Source: Trichodesmium erythraeum IMS101 (GTDB taxonomy: Bacteria > Cyanobacteriota > Cyanobacteriia > Cyanobacteriales > Microcoleaceae). Taken from it: a DNA stretch of 32,000 nucleotides. The notes under the pieces were generated by a model. It ran no database searches. It saw nothing but the letters and a program-made list of their open reading frames with translations, and was not told the origin of the DNA. The stretch covers positions 2,760,001 through 2,792,000 of the forward strand of contig NC_008312.1 of NCBI RefSeq assembly GCF_000014265.1. Reading direction: 5' to 3'. Below are positions 18,826-27,135 of this stretch, one piece after another; position 1 is the first letter of the stretch, and each line of letters starts with the position of its first letter. Made by a program: the position numbers and the translations under genes.

Positions 18826-21759
18826 ATGCTCGGTTTCTTTTTGGTATTTGACTGCAAAAATTATCCTCCTCAAGGGGATGTTGTTTTTGTTCATGGTTTG
18901 GCTGGTCATCCTTGGGGTACATGGCATCCTCAAAATAAAAAGGATAAAGAAGATGTTGACTTTTTGCTGTGTTGGTTGGGTGAAGAACTACAAGCACATG
19001 GAATAGATGTTAATGTCTGGAGTTTTGGATATGATGCTCCTGGTTTTCAATATTTTGGTCAGGGAATGCCGCGTTTTGATCTGGCTAGTAATTTACTGGA
19101 GTATCTTCAGGTTTATGATATTGGCAAGACATCCACTAGTTTCCCCAAACGCCCATTGATATTTGTAACTCACAGTTTGGGTGGTTTGGTGGTGAAGGAG
19201 GTAATTCGTACAGCTCAAAGTTTTCCTGAGTATCTAGCTATTGTTAAACAGGTTAAAGGAATTGTATTTTTGTCTACTCCACACACGGGAACTCATTTGG
19301 CTAATTTAATTGATCACGTCGGTTTTTTGACTAGACCTACAGTGAATGTTGAAGAGTTAAAAGAACATTCCCCTCAACTGCGAGATCTTAATGAATGGTA
19401 TCGACAAAATGTTGGCAAGTTGGAAATTAAAACTAAGGTTTTTTATGAAACAAAGTCTCTGAATGGGGTTTTGGTTGTGAATGAGGATAGCGCTAACCCT
19501 GGTATTCACGATGTTAAACCTATTGCTGTTTCAGCAGAAGACCACAACTCTATTGCTAAACCTGGAAAAAATGATTTGGTTTATCTTTCGGTGAGAAAGT
19601 TTTGTCAAGATATTTTTGCTTTAGAGGAAAGCACTTCTTCTCAATATCTTCACCAAAAATACTATATTCCTGGGGAGGCTAGCTTAGAGAATAAAGTTTT
19701 TGTAGGTAGGGAAAAAGAATTAGCTGATGTCGACAAGTTACTCAAAAATTATCAGCGGGTTTCTATTGTTTCTGTTTCTGGAATGGGTGGTGTTGGTAAA
19801 ACAGAACTTTGCCGCCGATATGCTTATGCTCATAAGTCTGCTTACCCTGGAGGTATTTGTTGGTTGGAAGCGCCGACAGAAAATGCAGGTATTCAGATAC
19901 TTAGGTTTGCTCAGAATAATTTCCAGCTTGTTTTCTCTTCAGATCAAGATTTACCGGAAAGGTTGCGCTACTGTTGGCAAAAGTGGTCTGAGGGGAATAC
20001 TTTGCTGATCTATAATGATGTAACTGACTACAATACTCAGGCCAAGCCTTTTTTACCTCCGGACTTGTCTCGGTTTCGGGTGTTGCTGACCACTCGTAAA
20101 AGTTTTGGCTCGGCATTTCCGGAGTTGCGTCTCGATGTGTTAAAGCCTTTGGCGGGGATGAAGTTGTTAAGGTCTATTTTGGGTAGAAAGAGACTTTTGC
20201 TAGAACCTAGGAAGGCTAGAGAACTGCTGATTTTTTTGGGTTATTTACCTTTGGGAATTGAATTGGTGGGGCGATATTTGGATGAGTATTGGCAGAGTTT
20301 GAATAGGGATGGTTTGGCTTTGACAAAAATGCTTAAGCGTTTAGAAAGAAAGAGTCTGGAACATCAGGCTATGTCATCTAATGAGTTAATTAATTATCCT
20401 TATGGTGTGGCGGAGGCGATCGCTTTGAGTTGGGAGATGTTGGATGAAAATACTCAGGAAATTGGGTTGAAGTTAGGTTTATATGCTTTGGCACCTATTC
20501 GTTTGTGGTGGGATGGGATAGAAGATGATGAAGAGTTGGAAGGTTGGGAAATTGCTCTTGGGAATTTGGAAAATCTGCATTTACTGAAGAGTGTTGAGCC
20601 TGGTGTTTATATTTTGCATTCTCTAGTGCGAGAGTTTTTGCAGATGAAGTTGAAAGAATATCCAAGGGCAGATGAGTTAAAGCGGGGTATTTGTCAGGTA
20701 GTGGCAGAGGCGGCTAGGAATATTCCTGATAACATTACAGTGGAGCAAGTTAAGGAAGTTGAGGTTGATATTCCTCATATTACGGAAGTGGCGGCAGTTT
20801 TGACTGAGTATTTGAGTGATGATGATTTGATTTCTCCTTTTAATGGACTAGGTCGGTTCTATCTAGGTCAAGCATTGTACTCACAGGCACAACTTTGGTT
20901 AGAGACAGGTAAAGAAATAGCAGAAAAACGGCTAGACAAAGATAATGCTGACATTGGGAATATCTACAACAGTCTGGCTTTATTATATAAGTCTCAAGGA
21001 AAATACGAAGCTGCAGAACCTTTGTACCTACAAGCTATTGAAACCGCAAAAATAGCCCTCCCTGAAAATCATCCATCTATTGCCACAGGCCTCAACAACC
21101 TGGCAAATTTATATTATTCTCAAGGAAAATACGAAGCAGCAGAACCATTGTACCTACAAGCTCTTGAAATCAAAAAAATAGCCCTCCCTGAAAATCATCC
21201 ACAACGTGCCAGCGGCCTCAACAACCTGGCAGGTTTATATTATTCTCAAGGAAAATACGAAGCAGCAGAACCATTGTACCTACAAGCTCTTGAAATCGAC
21301 AAAATAGCCCTCCCTGAAAATCATCCACAGTTTGCCACTCACCTCAACAACCTGGCAAAATTATATAGATCTCAAGGAAAATACGAAGCTGCAGAACCAT
21401 TGTACCTACAAGCTCTTGAAATCGACAAAATAGCCCTCCCTGAAAATCATCCACAGTTTGCCACTCACCTCAACAACCTGGCAAAATTATATAGATCTCA
21501 AGGAAAATACGAAGCTGCAGAACCATTGTACCTACAAGCTCTTGAAATCAACAAAATAGCCCTCCCTGAAAATCATCCAGATATTGCCACTGACCTCAAC
21601 AACCTGGCTTTATTATATGAGTCTCAGGGAAAATACGAAGCTGCAGAACCTTTGTACCTACAAGCACTGAAGATATTAAAACAATCATTAGGAGAAGAAC
21701 ATCCTAATACTCAAACAGTTCAGAAAAACTATCAAAATTTCTTAAATGAGAAAAAATGA
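18826..21759 (+). CDS. NLR-architecture STAND protein: N-terminal lipase-like alpha/beta-hydrolase, NB-ARC ATPase, C-terminal TPR array
   Basis: 977 aa, in three parts:
- Hydrolase: VVFVHGLAGHPWGTW, nucleophile elbow FVTHSLGGLVVKE (GxSxG-type), and candidate Asp/His in VVNEDSA and AEDHNSIAKP.
- NB-ARC: P-loop GMGGVGKTEL (nt 19781-19810), kinase-2 LLIYNDV, RVLLTTR, and GLPL-like GYLPLGIELVG.
- TPR: six 42-aa TPR_10/12-type units of the form LNNLAxLYxSQGKYEAAEPLYLQALEI. Confidence 0.9.
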   Translation: MLGFFLVFDCKNYPPQGDVVFVHGLAGHPWGTWHPQNKKDKEDVDFLLCWLGEELQAHGIDVNVWSFGYDAPGFQYFGQGMPRFDLASNLLEYLQVYDIGKTSTSFPKRPLIFVTHSLGGLVVKEVIRTAQSFPEYLAIVKQVKGIVFLSTPHTGTHLANLIDHVGFLTRPTVNVEELKEHSPQLRDLNEWYRQNVGKLEIKTKVFYETKSLNGVLVVNEDSANPGIHDVKPIAVSAEDHNSIAKPGKNDLVYLSVRKFCQDIFALEESTSSQYLHQKYYIPGEASLENKVFVGREKELADVDKLLKNYQRVSIVSVSGMGGVGKTELCRRYAYAHKSAYPGGICWLEAPTENAGIQILRFAQNNFQLVFSSDQDLPERLRYCWQKWSEGNTLLIYNDVTDYNTQAKPFLPPDLSRFRVLLTTRKSFGSAFPELRLDVLKPLAGMKLLRSILGRKRLLLEPRKARELLIFLGYLPLGIELVGRYLDEYWQSLNRDGLALTKMLKRLERKSLEHQAMSSNELINYPYGVAEAIALSWEMLDENTQEIGLKLGLYALAPIRLWWDGIEDDEELEGWEIALGNLENLHLLKSVEPGVYILHSLVREFLQMKLKEYPRADELKRGICQVVAEAARNIPDNITVEQVKEVEVDIPHITEVAAVLTEYLSDDDLISPFNGLGRFYLGQALYSQAQLWLETGKEIAEKRLDKDNADIGNIYNSLALLYKSQGKYEAAEPLYLQAIETAKIALPENHPSIATGLNNLANLYYSQGKYEAAEPLYLQALEIKKIALPENHPQRASGLNNLAGLYYSQGKYEAAEPLYLQALEIDKIALPENHPQFATHLNNLAKLYRSQGKYEAAEPLYLQALEIDKIALPENHPQFATHLNNLAKLYRSQGKYEAAEPLYLQALEINKIALPENHPDIATDLNNLALLYESQGKYEAAEPLYLQALKILKQSLGEEHPNTQTVQKNYQNFLNEKK
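20950..21705 (+). repeat. six in-frame 126-bp tandem units encoding the TPR array, including a perfect 2 x 126-bp duplication at 21271..21522
   Basis: The landmark tctcaagga recurs at 20992, 21118, 21244, 21370, 21496 and 21622, a period of 126. Segments 21271-21396 and 21397-21522 are identical base for base. Confidence 0.93.
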
Positions 21760-22523
21760 ATCAAAACTCCTTCAAATATTGAACTTGCCAAATAATTTGA
21801 TGACCCGCCTTACCTCCAGCAATAAAATTCTACCCACCCATTAAAAAGTAACCTTCACCTTAAACTTACCTAGGTTTTCTACCTACTATTTATTCAATTT
21901 CCTTAGTAGTCAAAATCAAACCTTTTTCACAACAGACAGTCAGAAAAATCTCAGGATATTAGTTGATATATCCCTGAAATTATCATCAAGTAGACGAGAA
22001 AAATGATTGCTTGTTTACAACCACCCCAAACATTTGTTTAATCATCTATATTTTTCTCACAGACACTCAAAATATTCGGGATGCAATGATCACAAACCCC
22101 ACAATTTTCAGGTATATTTGCGATCTTCCTAAATATCCCTAACAGCGCTTTTAAAATTCATGAACTACATCCCCATAACTAAAACCTCGTAAGAACTTAG
22201 GAACTTTGGATGTAGAGACGCATCAGGTCGTCCCCACCGTCCTCTACCGATATTAAAACTGCAGCAAAAAGCCAGACTTGAAAAACCCCCCCACTTTTTC
22301 AGAGAAGAAGAGCTAAAACAGTAACCCATAGATTAAATAACTGCCAGATATCACCAAATATCGGTTAAACCTTCAAAAATTAATCATGATAAAATGCTGC
22401 AAAACTCAGGAAAACTTATAGAAATTTCTGACAGAAACACTCAATATTTTCCCAAAAATAAACAATATATTTCAGCTAAATTGAGCAAAAGTCATTATTG
22501 ACTGCCAACTTGTAAACATTCAA

Positions 22524-22544
22524 CCATCAGCCATCAGCCATCAA
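22524..22544 (+). repeat. heptamer microsatellite (CCATCAG)x3
   Basis: CCATCAG CCATCAG CCATCAA read directly from the sequence. Confidence 0.85.
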
Positions 22545-22574
22545 CTAGAACAAGAAATTAGCCTCCCAGAAAAA

Positions 22575-23117
22575 TTAAAACTCCCACAGCAAAAAAATTA
22601 AATACTGACTGCAAACTTCACCCCAGTCAGGAAGATAGACACCATCAACATTAAGCACTTGTTCAATATTTTGTAGCAAACTTCCTAACCCTAGATATTT
22701 TTGCCCTCTAGGTAACATGTCTATACTTAACTTACTTACCTCTTCCTTAGCCGCCAACCTTGCAAAAAAATTAAACAAAAAAATTAAACATAAGATAAAT
22801 AGCAATATCTGCCGCGAACTTATCCCCTGGCAACCAACTTTTATCCTCTAAAACATGATCATTGAGTACAGTAAAACCTGCTTTTAACCTTAGGAAAACC
22901 TCAATAACTTCCCTTTCTTTCCCTGCCAAACCCCCAAAGCAAATTGGAGACATAAGTTCCCATCAACAGAAAGTAACCATATTTTTAACTTCAGATACCT
23001 CTTGGCAAACTATAGCTTTTTTAACTAGTCTTACCAAAAATTCCCACTCAGGAAAAAGAGAATCTAAATATGGTAAAATAGCCATAGATATCACGTACCC
23101 AAAAACCTCCATGTTTT
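22575..23117 (-). pseudogene. possible decayed gene of unknown family
   Basis: Three consecutive minus-strand open pieces. The first is MEVFGYVISMAILPYLDSLFPEWEFLVRLVKKAIVCQEVSEVKNMVTFC, which ends at an in-frame TGA. The second is the 22771..22953 ORF. The third is the 22575..22805 ORF, in a shifted frame and overlapping by 35 nt. No family recognised. Confidence 0.3.
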
Positions 23118-23582
23118 AGTAAAAGCGCTCTACCACAATAGCTTCAAGCTAAATAATTAAGTTGCTTATATTCCGCAGTAAATGGAGCTAAATTATGAGT
23201 AGTATAATAATATTATGAATTACTAAAGCGAGGAGTACTCCCCAAGCAAAAAAACCACCTTAAAAGCTAAAAAATTCTATTATTAGACATCTTTTATTGA
23301 ATATTATTCCTAATAAAATCATAAGAGCTTAGTCTTTTCATCCTATTTTTTCTCCTAGGCTTGGATACTAAAGCTCCTAGTATCAAATATTCCAACATAT
23401 TTTGGTAAAAGATTTGACTTTTTTTAAATTTTTAAGTATAGTATTACTTATGGCTATCAAATAAAAAAAGCTTAGGAAAATGGAATAAACAATTTCCGAC
23501 TTCTGCAGAATCCGAAATTTATTTCTAATCCTATGCTTTGATTTCTAGATAAGATTATTACATAATATGTGTAACAAAGTTA

Positions 23583-23636
23583 GGCGCTTTTATTTTTTGT
23601 TTAACCAAGAAAAAAGACGCCTTTATTTCTTCTTTG
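23583..23636. terminator. long imperfect hairpin with T-rich tail, about 150 nt beyond the chlP stop
   Basis: GGCGCTTTTATTTTTTG (23583-23599) pairs imperfectly with CAAGAAAAAAGACGCC (23606-23621), followed by TTTATTTCTTCTTTG on the plus strand. Its orientation and the gene it serves are unclear. Confidence 0.3.
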
Positions 23637-23782
23637 TCTATGGCCAAGAATAAAAATTCCCTGGAGATAGGGAGAAAAAAATTAGCTGTAACATCAAGCT
23701 GTTCAGGCTTTCCACCAGAGAAATTAACCAGAACAGCAAAGTCATCCCTGTAACCGGCAAAAAGCTCAGGGTCTTGAGGAAC

Positions 23783-25003
23783 TTACGGAGCTAAAGCATG
23801 ACCCCGGAGCATACTACCAATAGTTTTAGCAGTTATCTTCATTTGAATTAAAGGGTTAGCAGGAACAACAGTCTTGTACAAATAACTATCAAAAGTTAAT
23901 TTCTGCACATCCCTATCAGCGCACATTTCCACAAATGCCTCTCGAGTCGCATCAGAACGATAGAATACCCTCTGCAAAATATCCAATACTTTGTAAGTCA
24001 TGCCATATTTCTTATCCCACCGTTTCAGATAAAGCTTTAAGTCTGCTTCAGTAGGAATAATAGCACCATTGTTAGAAGCCTCAACAATAGTTTCAGCACA
24101 CATCCGAGCAGACTTAGCTGCAAAATAGATACCCTCACCAGAAGACTTAGTAACAGTACCCGCAGCATCTCCGACTAAAGCAACTCTGCCACGAACCCTA
24201 TGGGGACGAGGATGTTCAGGAATAGGATGAGCTTCTACCTTAATTATTTGGCCACCTTCGAGGCGTTTAGCTGCACGAGCTCGAATACCTGCTTGTAGCT
24301 GTTTAATTTTTGCCTGGTGAACCTTCATTGTACCAGTACCTACAGCCACGTGGTCATATTTAGGAAATACCCAAGCGTAGAAGTCTGGGGAAACATCATC
24401 CCCCACATACATTTCTGCAAGGTCTTCGTAGTATGCCATAAGATGGTCAGGGAGGCGGATACGCTCTTGGAAAGCGATCGCGTAGTTATAGTCTCCAGCA
24501 TCAATAGCTTTAGCCACACGGGAGTTTGCCCCATCTGCTCCAATAACTAAATCTACTTTTAAGGTTTTAGCCGTTCCTTGAATATCTCCTTGTGAATGGT
24601 CAGAATAATGAATAGTGTAGGGTTCTCTATCATTATTAGGAAGATCAAGTTTATAAACAGTACCATTAATGAGGTTAGCTCCTAGGGAAGCCGCCCGGTC
24701 TCTGAGGAAGCCATCTAATACTTCCCGACGGCACATACCGATATATTCATCTTCTTTTTCTATATGAATATCTACCTCAACATTGGAGGGAGATATCATT
24801 TTCATTTTTCTAACTCGGCGATCGATAATTTCTGGTGGGAGATCAAATTCACTGACCATACATAGGGGAATAGCTCCACCACAAGGCTTAGCGTTATTTA
24901 GTTTTCGCTCAAATAAATAAGTTTCAATACCTGCTTTTACTAAAGTCTCGGCAGCAGAGGAACCCGCTGGACCTGAACCTACAACAGCAACCCTTAAAGT
25001 CAA
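23783..25003 (-). CDS. chlP: geranylgeranyl diphosphate/chlorophyll reductase
   Basis: RVAVVGSGPAGSSAAETLVKAGIETYLFERKLNNAKPCGGAIPLCMVSEFDLPPEIIDRRVRKMKMISPSN is near-identical to cyanobacterial ChlP as I remember it. The longest ORF starts at a TTG at 25036. I prefer the TTG at 25001-25003, which lies 6 nt after AAGGAG and gives about 406 aa beginning (M)TLRVAVVG. Confidence 0.93.
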   Translation of the reverse strand: MTLRVAVVGSGPAGSSAAETLVKAGIETYLFERKLNNAKPCGGAIPLCMVSEFDLPPEIIDRRVRKMKMISPSNVEVDIHIEKEDEYIGMCRREVLDGFLRDRAASLGANLINGTVYKLDLPNNDREPYTIHYSDHSQGDIQGTAKTLKVDLVIGADGANSRVAKAIDAGDYNYAIAFQERIRLPDHLMAYYEDLAEMYVGDDVSPDFYAWVFPKYDHVAVGTGTMKVHQAKIKQLQAGIRARAAKRLEGGQIIKVEAHPIPEHPRPHRVRGRVALVGDAAGTVTKSSGEGIYFAAKSARMCAETIVEASNNGAIIPTEADLKLYLKRWDKKYGMTYKVLDILQRVFYRSDATREAFVEMCADRDVQKLTFDSYLYKTVVPANPLIQMKITAKTIGSMLRGHALAP

Positions 25004-25310
25004 AGGTTTTCTCCTTATTTTTATTTTTATATACAAGTTGGGATAGTACCACGGACTTAAGACTTGTGATTGATTTTGTCAGGGTATATGAAGAAAATGC
25101 AATAGACTTTAATATTTTGATACTAAATGCTATGGTTTTTGATGGACTTTTACCTATAAGAACTTAAAAACTAAAATGCAAAATTCAGTTTTTCTTTATT
25201 AAGATTTTCTTTTATATTTTAGTAAAATATGTAATAAATTAAGCTTTGTTAAAAGTTGGGAATTTGGGGTTAGTAAATAAAGGTATGATCAAGAAGGAAT
25301 GCGATCGCTA

Positions 25311-25364
25311 AAAAGTTAAAAGTAGTTACAAGTAGTTAAAAGTAGTTAAAAGTAGTTAAAAGTT
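25311..25364 (+). repeat. decamer tandem repeat (AGTAGTTAAA), about 5 copies
   Basis: aaaagttaaa agtagttaca agtagttaaa agtagttaaa agtagttaaa agtt, starting 3 nt after the HIP1 site at 25301-25308. Confidence 0.9.
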
Positions 25365-25681
25365 TTTGAGCTAATAGTATTAGGGACATCTCTGAATTTA
25401 AGAACTATGAATTAATAATTTCAATTATTTAGGATTAAATAAAGCAAATACTTATCTATATTACTTGAATTATTGAGTCTATTTTTTACCTCTTTGTGTG
25501 GTATTTCCTATGAGCCTCAGATAATGCTACCTTCTCCTTCTCCTCGGGTCTAAGAGTAAGTTGATCGGGGTTAGGGGCCTAACCCTGAACTATACAATAA
25601 TTATTAAACCAAATTTCAACTTAATTGCTTATTGTGAGTTGGAGCTATGGCTTGAGGCAAGGTACTAGGTTTTAACCTTTG

Positions 25682-26209
25682 CTAAGTATTGGTTTTGAGT
25701 TCCTTCAGCTTTTCTCTAATAGTTTCGACTCGTTCCCGGTTAACACCCAGATCTGATTGTCCCAGACGAGAAGCAGAGCGGACTTGAATAGCATTAGCTT
25801 CTTGATCCACATAAAACTCGACATCATCCACATAGCCCATAATTTTCGTAGCAAATTCAGCATACAAATAATTCTCTTCTTCCTTTACAATATTAGTTCG
25901 AGGCATTGATTCAATTATTTGTTTTAAATTAGCGATCGCCATCTGCGGTTCAGAGTCATAACTCAGAGAAGCAATACCATGTTCTACATCTTGGCTATAA
26001 CTACTCACACAATTTGGACTACCAGGACAAGGTGCAAGACGTCCAGAGTTTACACCAATATTATCAGGTCTAGTACCTGCAAATAAAGTGAGTTTGCCAG
26101 AAGTGGCAATATTTATTCCGACAACAATGAGAATTATTACTAATAAGAGGGCTATAATATTAAGCATTTTCTGAATTAGGTTAGAGGAATTTTTTTCTGT
26201 TGTTTCCAT
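25682..26209 (-). CDS. DUF1499 domain protein
   Basis: 175 aa. N-terminal TM segment, then LAPCPGSPNCVSS, GYVDDVEF, VRSASRLGQSDLGVNRERVETIR. These are the hallmark DUF1499 blocks. Confidence 0.8.
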   Translation of the reverse strand: METTEKNSSNLIQKMLNIIALLLVIILIVVGINIATSGKLTLFAGTRPDNIGVNSGRLAPCPGSPNCVSSYSQDVEHGIASLSYDSEPQMAIANLKQIIESMPRTNIVKEEENYLYAEFATKIMGYVDDVEFYVDQEANAIQVRSASRLGQSDLGVNRERVETIREKLKELKTNT

Positions 26210-26300
26210 AGTCTATCAAAGAAATAATTTGGTTAAGTTTACCAAGTATTATCTTAACCCCAATCATAACAATTATTGTGGCTCTAAAGCAAAAAAAATT

Positions 26301-26687
26301 ATGAAAGACGAAAACCAAGAAATTTTAGAAGTAAACCAAGCATTTTATCGAGCTTTTGAAAAACGGGACATTATAGCTTTGCATGGCATTTTGTCTCAGG
26401 GCATTAGTACAGTTTGTATCCATCCAGGCCGTGGTGCAATTTGTGGTTTTGAGAATATTCGTAATTCCTGGGATTTAATATTTAAAAATACGGATTATAT
26501 TGAAATTGATACTGATGTTATTATAGCAGAAGTTAATGGAGATATTGGTTATGTTATTTTGGTAGAAAATATCATGCAAATTAGTAGAGATACGACAATA
26601 AAAGATAAGTCTATAGCAACGAATATTTTTGAGAAGATGGGTGGAAATTGGTATTTGATTAATCATCATGCTAGTCCTGTGTTATAG
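26301..26687 (+). CDS. NTF2/SnoaL-like (DUF4440-type) protein
   Basis: The ORF track begins at a TTG at 26229. The ATG at 26301 (MKDENQEILEVNQAFYRAFEKRDIIAL...) matches the usual start of this fold family, and the protein ends ..GNWYLINHHASPVL. Confidence 0.7.
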   Translation: MKDENQEILEVNQAFYRAFEKRDIIALHGILSQGISTVCIHPGRGAICGFENIRNSWDLIFKNTDYIEIDTDVIIAEVNGDIGYVILVENIMQISRDTTIKDKSIATNIFEKMGGNWYLINHHASPVL

Positions 26688-27020
26688 TAATTAAACTCGA
26701 ATTTAACGATAAAATTTTACAGTTTTTTTTCTTTAGTCTAAATTAAACTAATTTTGAAGTTGATGATGTACAAAGTTTGATAATGCTTTTCAGATAAAAT
26801 AATCTCACAAAAAACTTTTATAGGAGCCCTAAAGTGGTCTAAACATATGAATTATTTGCCAAAAATTTTTCTATATTTGAGTCGATAGATATAGTTTTAT
26901 GTGGAGTTTTTGCCGGGACAAAAATATGACTATCTTTGACTAATTTTTGTGTTGTTTAATTAATTGCTAATTTTTGAAGTAAGATTACCTATTCATTTTT
27001 CTGTTGCATGAGCTATCCAC

Positions 27021-27061
27021 TAAAAAAATTAGGGTAAGTATTCAGCTATTGAATGCTTACC
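27021..27061 (-). terminator. intrinsic terminator on the minus strand
   Basis: GGTAAGTATTCA (27033-27044) pairs with TGAATGCTTACC (27050-27061) at 11 of 12 positions, with a 5-nt loop. On the minus strand the hairpin is followed by cTAATTTTTTT (plus-strand A-run 27022-27028). It lies just downstream of the relic at 27136..27761. Confidence 0.55.
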
Positions 27062-27135
27062 AAAAATTAAACAACTGCTTGAGGATTTAATTGTAATTCA
27101 CATTGCGTAAAAATATAATTTACTACAGCAAATAG

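Noticed and set aside
22862-23119. Plus-strand ORF 22862..23119 (85 aa)
   Set aside because: It lies opposite the better-supported minus-strand relic pieces and its composition is Ser/Thr/Lys-rich. It is treated as an antisense artefact.
17407-23782. A tRNA-targeted genomic island carrying the STAND gene
   Set aside because: The STAND gene lies on the 5' side of the tRNA, whereas integrases normally target the 3' end. I saw no integrase gene and no direct repeat of the tRNA 3' end. The accessory character is plausible, but the tRNA-island mechanism is unsupported.
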